Assembly (NCBI GenBank): GCA_951406725.2
Contig: OX597823.1
Coordinates: forward strand, 84,630,001 to 84,694,000
Source of the DNA: Octopus vulgaris
Taxonomy: Eukaryota
Length of the DNA stretch: 64,000 bases
Direction: 5' to 3'
In this document: positions 17,436 through 29,967 of the stretch, piece by piece
Numbering within the stretch: position 1 is the stretch's first letter
Layout: every line of letters starts with the position of its first letter
The notes under the pieces: generated by a model
Seen by the model: only the letters and a program-made list of their open reading frames with translations
Told to the model about the DNA's origin: nothing
Databases searched by the model: none
Program-made: the position numbers and the translations under genes

Positions 17436-18132
17436 GTGTGTGTGTATGTGCGTGCGTGTATGAGTGAGTGAATGTGTGCGTGTCTGTAAGGTTTTTGCTG
17501 CATTTCTTGTTTTTAACTATATTCACCTACATGCTTGTGTATATTTAAGCATTAACTCGAACATACATATATACGCGTGTGCTTACACATACACACACAT
17601 ACATACATGCATATATACATAGATACATACATACATGCATACATACATACATACATATACATACATACATACATACATACATACATACATACATACATAC
17701 ACATACATACATAACTGATACCCTGTCACGCATATACCACCGAATAAATATGCATATATAGAGAGATAGAGAATACTGAGAGACAGAGAGATAGAAAAAG
17801 AAAGGAAAATGGATAGATAGATAGATAGATTGCTAGATAGATAGACAGACCTAGAGATAAATCGACAGTCAGAGAGACAGACAGATAGATATTACTTCAT
17901 AGTTCATAACGTATCCTTTATTTTCATTCTACCCACGCTCATTAACAAATTTATTAATTTTCACATTTACAAAAAAAAATATACATACTACTTAGCAGTC
18001 ATCTTCGTCAGTTGCGTGACAATGGACTTCAATGTTTAATATTTAAGTGATTGATTGGAAGCCAAGGCGTAGTGGCATGTTTGTACAAAAACAAAATACG
18101 CCATATTTCGTATAAATATTTTATATAACACC

Positions 18133-18197
<65 letters not shown>

Positions 18198-18778
18198 ATT
18201 TATATATATATATATATATATATACATGTGTGTGTAGAAGTGTGTGTGTATGTGTATTTATGTATGTATGTATGTATATGTACACGGATTGTTTTTGGAG
18301 TATGTAAACATTTGATTAGCTAGAATATTAGTTAATAAGGATACAAATTAAAACCTAAAGCCATAACAACATTTATCAATTGCACGTTAAATTGATAGTG
18401 TTTGCACATAAAGTTAATATATAGCGTAATTATAATTAAAAATGCTTTAATTAATAAAAAAAATGCGATAATCAAATTTTACCGTTTTGCTTGTTATTTA
18501 TGCTTTTTTTTAACTGTTAAAATTTTGAAATCGTGTTTACATATTTGACAATTATCATTTGAAAATTTTTTGATTCAATTTTATTTTATGTTTTGAAGCC
18601 AATTGAATATTTTTAATTTATTTCTGAAATGATTTTAAACAAAGAAATTCAGAAAAATGTATTTTTCTAATGAAAATACGACGTAAGTGAGTCTCTGACT
18701 CACCAAATCACTATATATAATACACACACACACACACACACACATACACACACACACACACACACACAGATACATATA

Positions 18779-19838
18779 CAGGGTGTTCGGATTAAATTTG
18801 ATAGTTTGCATAAAAGGAAAAGGAAACAAAATCTTATCCAAAAATAAAAGTATTTTTAGAAACGAAAAAATATCAACCAGATTATGGCTGAGATGTAAAT
18901 GTTTACGCCTAAATAGCTGCCCGCAGCTTCCACGACGGACTCAAGACGGCTCGAATTCCGGCACATTCAATTTCTCATCGAGACCCTGATTAGATCGTCG
19001 AACGTATCTTTAATCTTGGCTACCAGCTCGGCCTTAGTGTTGCAGGTAGAGTAGTTGGTGTCTTTCCCAACTACGTTCCACTCATAGTAATTCATGAGAT
19101 TATAATCGGAGAACCTAGAAGGGGAAAAGTTACGGCAGGAGAAGTCTAGAAATTCTCCGACAGCGCTTCTTACTCTTTCCAGAGGCATGGCAAAGAGCCG
19201 AACCCTGCTGCCATACATATGACCTTTCAGCAACTACCCGCTCCAGTCAGATTTTGACCACAGTCTCCAGCAGCTTCACATAACCGTTAGAATTGTGCAT
19301 AAGTCTTTTGATCAAAGATACGGTGCGGTACACCGTTACCCTCACTGAAAACACACGGAGAGGAGCCATCACAACTGGAAGGATCTTGGTTTTCATGATA
19401 CGATTATAGGCAAGCCATCTGTTGTTCTGGATGTTGAGCAATTGGTCATAGCAGACATTATTTTTATCATAGAAGAGCCAGATCATCCTTCGCTCAACAG
19501 AGTGCCTCCTCGGGCAATTCTCCCCGGCCTTTTCTGTCGGTTGTGGGATGAATTCTGACGTGAGTACCACCTTCTGTGTCACTCCCTGCTGACCACTGCT
19601 ACGTCATCTCCGTTGTAGCGGTCCATGCAACGTCTTACAGCCGTTTTTTGTAGCGACTTGAACAGAAGTCATAATGTTGGCATTTTGATAACCGGAGAAA
19701 AGTCAACTGTCAGCCAACTGTTCCTGAAATACAAGCGTAAACCTTATGCTCTCAAACGCAGTTGTCTGCACAACAATACATCAAGCTGATCTTGAAAAAA
19801 GAGAAAGAAACATTTTCAAATCTATCCCGAACAACCTG
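18779..19838 (-). mobile_element. Degenerate Tc1/mariner-superfamily transposon (probably maT/DD37D-like)
   Basis: TIRs cagggtgttcggattaaatttg / caaatctatcccgaacaacctg, with TA on both flanks. Minus-strand remnants DQLLNIQNNRWLA, YVKLLETVVK, SDYNLMNYYEW..CNTKAELVAKIK. The subfamily call is inferred. Confidence 0.8.
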
Positions 19839-20089
19839 TATATATACAAAGTTATGTACATGCATACGTAAATATTTACATACATACATACATATATACA
19901 TACATAAATACATACGTACATACAAACATATATATGTACATAAGTACATACATATACGTATGTATGAATGTATGTATGTATGTATGTATGTATGTATGTA
20001 TGTATGTATGTATGTATGTATGTATGTATGTATGTATTTACAAACATCTACATTAACGGATCAAGGTTCCTTCCGAGTTACAGGTTCGT

Positions 20090-20306
20090 AAGACCGGTCT
20101 CCCGGATTTTGTGACGTATATATTTCCCACCTGTACGAGACGCCTCTCCACCTCAAGATTAGTCATTTTTGCCAGCTGATTAGAGAGGAAGGACGTGAAA
20201 TAAAGTGTTTATTGCTCAACAATGCAACACGTCGCCCGCTCCAGGAACAGAAACCTCAAACGTGCGATCGTCAGTGAAACATACTTAGCACTAAACCACG
20301 TGCCTC

Positions 20307-20310
<4 letters not shown>
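20090..20310 (-). mobile_element. Degenerate SINE family D-like copy
   Basis: cgtgaaataaagtg...gctcaac..caacacgtcgcc...cactaaaccacgtgcc matches 6733-6838. Confidence 0.65.
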
Positions 20311-20367
<57 letters not shown>

Positions 20368-20477
20368 ATAGATTCATCCATCCATTCATCCATCCATCCA
20401 TTCATCCATCCATCCATCCATCCATCCATCCATCCATACATACATACATACATACATACATACATGACACTCTGTAA

Positions 20478-20952
20478 TGAATTCCGTCGGAAGGATAATC
20501 CCGAGGAGAAAGAAAAAAGAACCCACAATACAGTAGAAGTTATAACCACTCATAATAAAAAGGAATACTGGTGAAATGTACCAGTGAAGAGCTCAATAAA
20601 ATGTGAGCACAACAGTCTTGATATAAGGATTTGGGATCGAGAAGAGAAACTATGTACAGTTATGGAATTTCGCAGCCCAGTGGATGTTAACATAAAGCTG
20701 AAGATCAGTGAAAAAAAGAACACCTATGCTGAACTATTGAGAAATCCACAGTTACTCTGTCTAGATTACAAGTTCAGATTTATACCTGTAATTATTGGGG
20801 TCTCCTGGGATATGTAACACACTGCCTAAATGTCAATCTTGAGAAATTAGGCTTCCAAAACCAGAAAGGAGAAAGCTAATTCGAAGACTACAGATCCAAT
20901 CCATCACTGGAACTGTAAAAATTTGTAAAACTTTCCAGAAGTTTATCATTTA
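20478..20952 (+). mobile_element. 3' fragment of another RLE-type non-LTR retrotransposon
   Basis: KCEHNSLDIRIWDREEKLCTVMEFRSPVD..EKKNTYAELL..FIPVIIG (degenerate PD-(D/E)xK pattern). Homologous to 50640-50780. Confidence 0.7.
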
Positions 20953-21317
20953 AATATATATGAGAATGTCTAGATTTGCAACTATATGTATGAGAATACA
21001 TAACAAAATCTGCATATACATACATACATACATACATACATACATACATACATACATACATGCATGCATACATACATACATGCATGCATGCATACATACA
21101 TACATACATACATACATACCTACATACATACACATAAAACATATAAACGCTAAAATAAATATATACAATACATTTTACCTTTTACTTGTTTCAGTCATTA
21201 GACTACGGCCATGCTGGAGCACCAGCTTGCCGAACCGCTGTGTTACTGGATCACACCAAGACCGGGTGTCAAGCGGTGGCGAGAAATAAACTCAGACACA
21301 CACATGTATGTATATAT

Positions 21318-21945
<628 letters not shown>

Positions 21946-22007
21946 TATATATATAAACAGATGAGTGGTACAACAAGGCACCAATATTTGAAATATTGTC
22001 TAGGTAA

Positions 22008-22079
22008 ATGCAACTGATGAGGACTGAACAAATTTACATTGCCAAACGTATTTGAAGAGTCAGAAACCGGTCCTGCATT
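22008..22079 (+). ncRNA. Type I hammerhead ribozyme-like motif (slightly degenerate)
   Basis: aatgcaa-CTGATGA-ggact...agtca-GAAAC-cg-GTC-ctgcatt. Palindromic stem III accggt. The core-proximal pairs of stems I and II are mismatched. Confidence 0.7.
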
Positions 22080-22316
22080 ATCTGATTCTAGGTTGTCCAT
22101 TTATCGAATGTTCTTCCTAGAGGCAAGACAAATTTTTATCATGTTCGTTGAATACACACGTCTTTGCGAGTATATACACAGTGTAGCTTTACAATAGCGT
22201 CGTATTTGTATCGATTGCCATTTTCCAGTAAATATTGGTGCCTTATCTGTTTTTATATGTATATTTCTACCTTCATGGGGCTTTATTTTACTGGAAAGTA
22301 ATACATTTGTATTGCA

Positions 22317-22423
<107 letters not shown>

Positions 22424-23272
22424 TAGATTAGGGTATGCTATATAGGTATGTTATTGTGTTTGGTTAAAGGGAGGTTTTATCATTATATGTATATATGGGT
22501 TTCGTTTAACATGATTGTTTTATTAAAGAATTTTATAGTAAATTCTGTTTAATTACGTTTATTAACATATTATTCCATTCTATTCCATTCATAATTTTTA
22601 AATAACGTTCGTTCATAACGCGCAGAGAATTTTTTATAAATATGTTCTACTTATATTTCTATGGTAACGTAATTTTGTAAACGTTATAACGGTTAGACTT
22701 TAAATTCACTTCATAACTTTAAAATTGAATAGAAGGTATGTATTTTTTCTCCTTATGTTAATCTTGTTGCTTATGGAGTGTTCTATTTATCGTATTTTCT
22801 TTGTAATTAATTATCAATAATTTAGACATACTTTGATAAATAGATAGGTCTGTTTTTAAATGATTTATTAATAGAATAACTCAATATAAGTTATTATTCA
22901 CATTCATAAATTTGTTTTAGAGTTATAGATTGGTATGTTGATCATGGTAGTTTTATTTATTTGGGTATTGTTTATAGCCATATATACGTATATTTAGATG
23001 TTTAGGAGGGTATCCGTGAATATGCATGTGCATGGGTGTGTGTGCACGTGTGAGCGTGTATAAGTGCATGTGTAGATGCGGGAGTGCATGAGCGCTATGT
23101 AAAAGTGTGTGCTTGTGTATGCAATTGTATACATGCATGTTTGATTGTGCGAGAGATTGCACCCGTTTGCGTGTACACACTCATATATACATATAATAAA
23201 TATTCATTAATTTATTTTTTTGTGAATGTGTGTATTTTTATATATATGTGTATTTGATGATATGTGTGAGTG

Positions 23273-23309
<37 letters not shown>

Positions 23310-23670
23310 GGATGTATATATACTTATTTATTCATCTATATGGGTGTGGGTGTGAATATATTGGTGTATATATCGAGTTTTGTACGTATGTATATGTATA
23401 TGTGAGTGGGTATATGTATATGTTGTGGGTGTGTGTTATACGTGTGTGTATTTGTATGTGAATGTATAGATTAGGGGATTGCTATATAGGTATGTTATTG
23501 TGTTTGGTTAAAGGGAGGTTTTATCATTATATGTATATATGGGTTTCGTTTATCATGATTGTTTTATTAAAGAATTTTATAGTAAATTCTGTCTAATTAC
23601 GTTTATTAACATATTATTCCATTCTATTCCATTCATAATTTTTAAATAACTTTCGTTCATAACGCGCAGA
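22424..23670 (+). repeat. ~203-bp direct repeat (22424-22626 and 23467-23670)
   Basis: tagattaggg...gctatataggtatgttattg...cataacgcgcaga occurs twice with few differences. Confidence 0.9.
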
Positions 23671-24218
23671 ATGAAATGTTTATATTGTTGTGGTTGAGTA
23701 TATGCGGATGCTGGTTGTGTGGTTGTCATGCAGAGTGAGTGTGTTTATGAATGAGGTTGTATGTGTGTGTGAGGGAGTATGAATAAGTAATGTGTTGAAG
23801 TATTTGGCTATTTTATTACTTTATCGTTGCCTAGATGTTTATGTGTATGTATAGAGATATATATGGGCGTGCGAGTTAGTGTATGTATTTAGATATGTTT
23901 ATATATACTTAGATATATGTGTATGAGCATGTGCGTATATATAGTTTATTTTATTTTTGTTTTTTGTTTTTTGTTTTTTGTTTTTTGAAATTAGATTCTT
24001 CATCTTTAAATATGAGAACTTTAATAATAGGTTTCTTTATATTCAATTGTTTATAGAGGTTATTTTAGTTCTTGATTATATTATATATAGATTATATATA
24101 GATTATATATAGATTATATATTTTTATATTTTTTCATTGATAAATTTATATTATTTATAGTTTTAGCCATTTCAAATTTATTTATTTTTTAAAATATTGA
24201 TATTTTTAGATACGAAAT

Positions 24219-24262
24219 CCACCTGATGAATGTCATTTGAAGACAGGAAACAATTGTAGTGG
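24219..24262 (+). ncRNA. Type I hammerhead ribozyme motif
   Basis: ccac-CTGATGA-atgtc-atttgaa-gacag-GAAAC-aatt-GTA-gtgg. Stem I ccac/gtgg, stem II tgtc/gaca, palindromic stem III acaattgt. Confidence 0.75.
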
Positions 24263-24349
24263 CGATTTATTTACTTTATATTAAACATTTTTTATGTATT
24301 GATTAAGTCTTTCCTTGTTTGATTTGCAAAATAATGGTTTTGTCTCTAA

Positions 24350-24395
<46 letters not shown>

Positions 24396-24399
<4 letters not shown>

Positions 24400-25695
24400 A
24401 GGAAAAAATTTTTTTTAAATGCAGAATGCTCAAATGAAAGAAAATTTTAATAAAATGAGAAATTGATAAAATATATATATATATATTTATTCAACCGGTT
24501 TTCGTCATTGTATGACTTGTCAAGAATATTTATGTTTTAAAAAGTTTTTAAAAATTAGAAAGGGGAAAAAAAGAAAATTGCATTGTTTTTTGCAAAAGAA
24601 TAATGATAAAAATGTACAAAAATTAAAAAATAAGTACTCCGATACATTGTGAGTTCGTTGTGTATCTTGAGTTTCATGATTGTTCACGAAAAACTTACCT
24701 TGAGGTATTAAGATCCAAAGGGATTAAGAGCATGTGTTGTGTGGTTTAATTCAGCATGTTGGCAGGACAGGAAGTAGTAGTAATTGTGGTTCTTCAGTTC
24801 CTGTGTTGTGAGTAAGGGGAGACAACTCTTTTGAGTTCTTCAATAGGGGCTGTTGGTAAAACCCAAATTATAAAATTATCATTTTAGCTTCATTTGCGTA
24901 ATCTTTTTTTATATAATTGCTTGTTAACTTAACTTTCAGATTTTAACACTTTATTTATATTATTTTCTAATTATATAAATCTGCATAGACAATTGCATTT
25001 CAAATTGTCATATCATTTATAATAAAAATGATTTTCATTTTCATTATCATTTTCATTATCATTTTTATTATAAATGATATGACAATTTGAAATGCAATTG
25101 TCTATGCAGATTTATATAATTAGAAAATAATATAAATAAAGTGTTAAAATCTGAAAGTTAAGTTAACAAGCAATTATATAAACAAGATAACGCAAATGAA
25201 GCTAAAATGATAATTTTATAATTTGGGTTTTACCAACAGCCCCTATTGAAGAACTCAAAAGAGTTGTCTCCCCTTACTCACAACACAGGAACTGAAGAAC
25301 CACAATTACTACTACTTCCTGTCCTGCCAACATGCTGAATTAAACCACACAACACATGCTCTTAATCCCTTTGGATCTTAATACCTCAAGGTAAGTTTTT
25401 CGTGAACAATCATAAAACTCAAGATACACAACGAACTCACAATGTATCGGAGTACTTATTTTTTAATTTTTGTACATTTTTATCATTATTCTTTTGCAAA
25501 AAACAATGCAATTTTCTTTTTTTCCCCTTTCTAATTTAAAAAAAAACTTTTTAAAACATAAATATTCTTGACAAGTCATACAATGACGAAAACCGGTTGA
25601 ATAAATATATATTTATATATTTTATCAATTTCTCATTTTATTAAAATTTTCTTTCATTTGAGCATTCTGCATTTTTAAAAAAATTTTTCCTTACT
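24396..25695. repeat. Near-perfect 1.3-kb palindrome (~637-bp arms, 25-bp spacer), probable inverted Penelope-like pseudo-LTRs
   Basis: 24396-25032 is the reverse complement of 25058-25695 with only a handful of differences. Each arm carries a hammerhead-like motif (24488-24528 minus, 25563-25603 plus). Starts at a (TA)n tract. Confidence 0.95.
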
Positions 25696-25738
25696 TATCA
25701 TTTCTCCACGTGCGGTCAACACAACCCCACCATTTATT

Positions 25739-25839
<101 letters not shown>

Positions 25840-25870
25840 ATAATAAATATTAGGGAATTTTTGTCTCGAA

Positions 25871-25921
<51 letters not shown>

Positions 25922-26314
25922 AACTTCTTTCAGTTTCCGTCTCCGAAATTGCCCCACAAGGGTATGGTCGACCCTTGGCTCCAGTAGAAGACACTTGCCT
26001 AAGATACCATGCAGTGGGACTGAATACAGAATCATGTGGTTGGGAAGTGCAAGTGCAAGAAAAGTAATGCAATTTTGAAAGAAAATATTACCTTACATAA
26101 AAACGATCGTTTTGAACGAAGAAATAAAAATCCATGGACTGTGGGGTTATTAAAATGATTAAGATTCCCAGTTGAAGACAGTTCCGTTCTCTTCAACATT
26201 ATTTGTTTGCTTATATCGCTAATATTCCGAGAATACACGTGAACGGCACGGATGTTGATTCGGTAATTCGTCGAAAATAAATGAACTTTCTGTATCAGGC
26301 TTATACAGCATAGA

Positions 26315-26690
26315 AGGCGTAATGACCCAGTGTTTGGAGCAGCGGAGTCGCGGTCGTAGGATGGCAGTTTCGATCCCCAAACCGGGCGTTGTGAGTGTTT
26401 ATTGAGCGAAAACACCTAAAGCGTCATGAGGCTCCAGCAGGGGTAGGTGGGGAACCCTGCTGTACTCTTTCACCACAACTTTCTCTCACTCTTTCTCCCT
26501 GCTTCTGTTGTACCTGTATTTCAAAGGGCCAGCCCTGTCATACTCTGTGTCATACTGAATCTCCTCGAGAACTAATTTATGGGTACATATGTCTGTGGAG
26601 TTATCAGCCACTTGCACGTTAAATTCACCAGCAGGCTGTTCCGTTGATCGGATCAACTGGAACCCTCGTCGTCGTAACCGACGGAGTGCC
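26315..26690 (+). mobile_element. tRNA-derived SINE family C
   Basis: ggcgtaatgacccagtg...gtttcgatccc head shared with 58437 and 58877. The 3' tail (gctgttccgttgatcggatc...cgtaaccgacggagt) is shared with family D. Confidence 0.85.
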
Positions 26691-27153
26691 ACGATACGGC
26701 ATAGTTTTAAGCAGTCCCAAACTTGCTAAAAGTCTCACTTTAGTCTCTCTCAAACCACACTGTACTGTTTAACAAGTATAGGCATAAATAGGTTGTGACC
26801 CAGAATGAACGATTCGCGAAAGAAAATAAAAATACGATGGCAGTCGTAATTTGAACATTTCTGATCACAGGTGTAATCGAATAGAGGCGAAACAAGAAAA
26901 ACAACAACGACAGGAATTTTTCGGCAAGAATTATGAATTATGGAAGATTATTAGACTTATATCCTTACCCAAAGCATTAATTATGTATGCAAATTCAGTA
27001 TTTGTAGCCAAGATACCTAAAGATTTGTTTATTCCTTATTTGATAGCGCAATTTGTTTAATAGTAACGTCGGTGGTTGCAGGTCTGAAAGGATGACTGTC
27101 CCGGTTTTTTAACTTTCTCGCCGATATGAATCGATACGGCGCATACACACACA

Positions 27154-27229
<76 letters not shown>

Positions 27230-27244
27230 AAGTTATAAATTCCT

Positions 27245-28527
27245 TCAGGCCATCTCATAAATTCTGTCCGATTTTATCTTTTTTAAAATTGAATGAATTT
27301 TGATAGTATTTTAGAATGTCTAATGGAATTAAAAATTATTTTTATGCATTTGAGTACATTTAAACTAATTAAATGTTATTTTTACAGAATAATAGAATTA
27401 ACATTTCTTTGATTAAAACCCTTTCTAAAATAGAAGTATTCAAAGAGCATTTGAGGCACCTAATTCTTTATGAGTACAAAAATTGTAACTCTGCTGACGA
27501 GACGACTCACTCAGTTTATGGGAAAGAATGCTTGAATGAAAGAACTTGCAGAAGATGGTTTGCAAAATTCAGAAGTGGAGATTTCAGCCTTGAAGATGAA
27601 GATCGAACAGGACTTCTAGTTGAGTTTGATGATAAGCTCCTTGAGGCATTACTTGAAGAAAATCCTGCATTATCAGTTGTAGAATTGGTAATAAAGCTTA
27701 GTTTAAACCATACAACTGTTCATCGTCATCTTCAACAATTTGGAAAGGTTCCTAAACTTGGAAAATGGGTGCCTCATGAATTGTCAGAAAGCAACAGCAA
27801 CTCCCAATTTGACATCTGCTCTTTTCTCCATTCTCGTGAACTCATTTCGCCTTTTTTGGATAGACTTGTGACTAGTGACGAAAAATGGATCTTCTATCGA
27901 AATGTTAAACGTCGTAAAAAGTGGCTTGGTAAAAAATGAAAAAGCTCAACTACAACCGAGAAGGGAACTTCATGAGAAAAAGGTTCTTCTCTCTATCTGG
28001 TGGGATTGCAAAGGAGTAATTCATTTCGAATTGTTACCACCTAATGCAACAATCAATGCTCAAGTCTACTGTCAGTAATTAGAGCATTGGAACGAAGCTT
28101 CGAAGAAAAAAAGACCTGCTTTAGTGAATCGAAAAGGAGTGATGTTTCATCAGGACAAATCGCGACCCCACACTACAAAGATCTCATCACAGAAGATCGA
28201 AAAGCTTGGTTGGGAAAATATTCCTCATCCACCTTATTCTCCCAACCTTGCTCCTTCAGACTACCATTTATTTCGTAATTTACAGAATGATTTGGGGACA
28301 TAACTTTCGCATGTCAGGAATAGGTCGAAACTGACGTTTCAGAGTTCTTCCCTTTGAAACCAAAAGAGTTTTACATTGATAGGATTTAAAATGTTGTAAA
28401 TAGATGGAAGGATGTCATAGATACTCATGGAAAGTACGTTGATGATCAAATTTCAATTAAATATAACATTTGATCACTTGTTTTTTTTTAAATTAAAAAT
28501 TCGGATAGAACTTATGGGATGACCTGA
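27245..28527 (+). mobile_element. Near full-length mariner (DD34D) element with frameshifted transposase pseudogene
   Basis: TIRs tcaggccatctcataaattctgtccga / tcggatagaacttatgggatgacctga+TA, ~1.28 kb. Motifs WFAKFRSGDFSLED, WVPHEL, TSDEKW, FHQDKSRPH, HPPYSPNLAPSDYHLF. Confidence 0.95.
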
Positions 28528-28930
28528 TATTTAAACATTTTTAGAGTTCCATAAGAACCACAACGAAGCGAAACTGCCCTCGTAGCAGGTATCATAACTT
28601 ATATTCTTGTATAATCATATCTGGTATAAACCTATTTGGTCATCTTACCATCGATCTAGCGAAAACATGAGGAAGCAAGGCCTTGAGACAAAAAGAACAG
28701 CACGAGTATGGGGTTGTCGTTCATTTTCAGGTTAATAATTGCAACGATGTGAAGTAAAGTGCCTTGCTTAAGAACTCAATGCCCTGTCGATTTAGGGATT
28801 GAAACCCCCAAATCAACAGACGAATCACCATGCCACGTGCATTTTCGAGTGCCACATAAATTTAATATGTCTGTCTCTCTATGTATCTATCTATCCACCC
28901 TTCCCTGCCCCTAATCTTTCTATCTATGTC

Positions 28931-28969
<39 letters not shown>

Positions 28970-28995
28970 ATCTGTCTGCATGTCTGTCTGCCTGC

Positions 28996-29077
<82 letters not shown>

Positions 29078-29289
29078 ACTATATTATATTATATATACGA
29101 CGGCTTTCTGTCCGTTTTGTCCGTTTTCACTCACAAGGTTTCGACCAGCCCAACGCTATAGTAGAGGACGCTTGTCTTACGTGCCACGCTGTAAGACTGA
29201 AGCTAAAAGCTAGGAAGCAAACTTTTTACGTTTGCGCCTATATATGTATGTATATATATATATATTTATATATATAAATATATATATAA

Positions 29290-29367
<78 letters not shown>

Positions 29368-29717
29368 ATGTATGTATGTATGTATGTATGTATGTATGTG
29401 TGTGTGTGTGTAGGTAGGTAAGTGTGGTGAGATAATGCAGACAGGGAAAGTATCGCCATCTGCGTATCATCATAAATGTATAAACGCTGTAAGAAGGTAT
29501 GAAGCTGTGAAGTTGTCTGAGATGAAATATCTTGTTATAAACGCAGTATATATATCGGAGCGAGACGAACATCTTCGCTGATGCATGCTGTATTGCGTAT
29601 GACGAATTGGAGGATTGTATCATCTCGAAAAGTGCGTGGACTGTTGGTTGTGAAGGTAAGTACTTGACACAGAAAAGAAAGAGATGAGAGAACAAAATCC
29701 AACCCTCTGGCATGCAT

Positions 29718-29950
29718 ATACACAGTGGGCTACATAAATAGTAGGCTATATTCACAGTGGGTTCTATTCCCAATAGGCTACATTCACAATGAGCTATAAT
29801 TAGAGTGGGCTATTTACACAGGGGACTATATTAATAGTGCGCTATATTCACAGCGGGTTATATTCAGAATGGGCTATATTCACAATTGGATATATTCACA
29901 GTGGGCTATATTCATAGTGGGCGATATTCAAATAGGGCTATATTCACACT
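29718..29950 (+). repeat. 16-bp minisatellite (tattcacagtgggcta)n, forward block
   Basis: About 14 degenerate units are visible. Confidence 0.9.
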
Positions 29951-29967
29951 GCCCCTTCTTAATTTAG

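Noticed and set aside
26315-26390. SINE heads as genuine tRNA genes
   Set aside because: They have A/B boxes but no complete cloverleaf, and they continue into repeated SINE bodies.
27373-28278. Functional mariner transposase
   Set aside because: Split by a frameshift and stops, with degenerate motifs.
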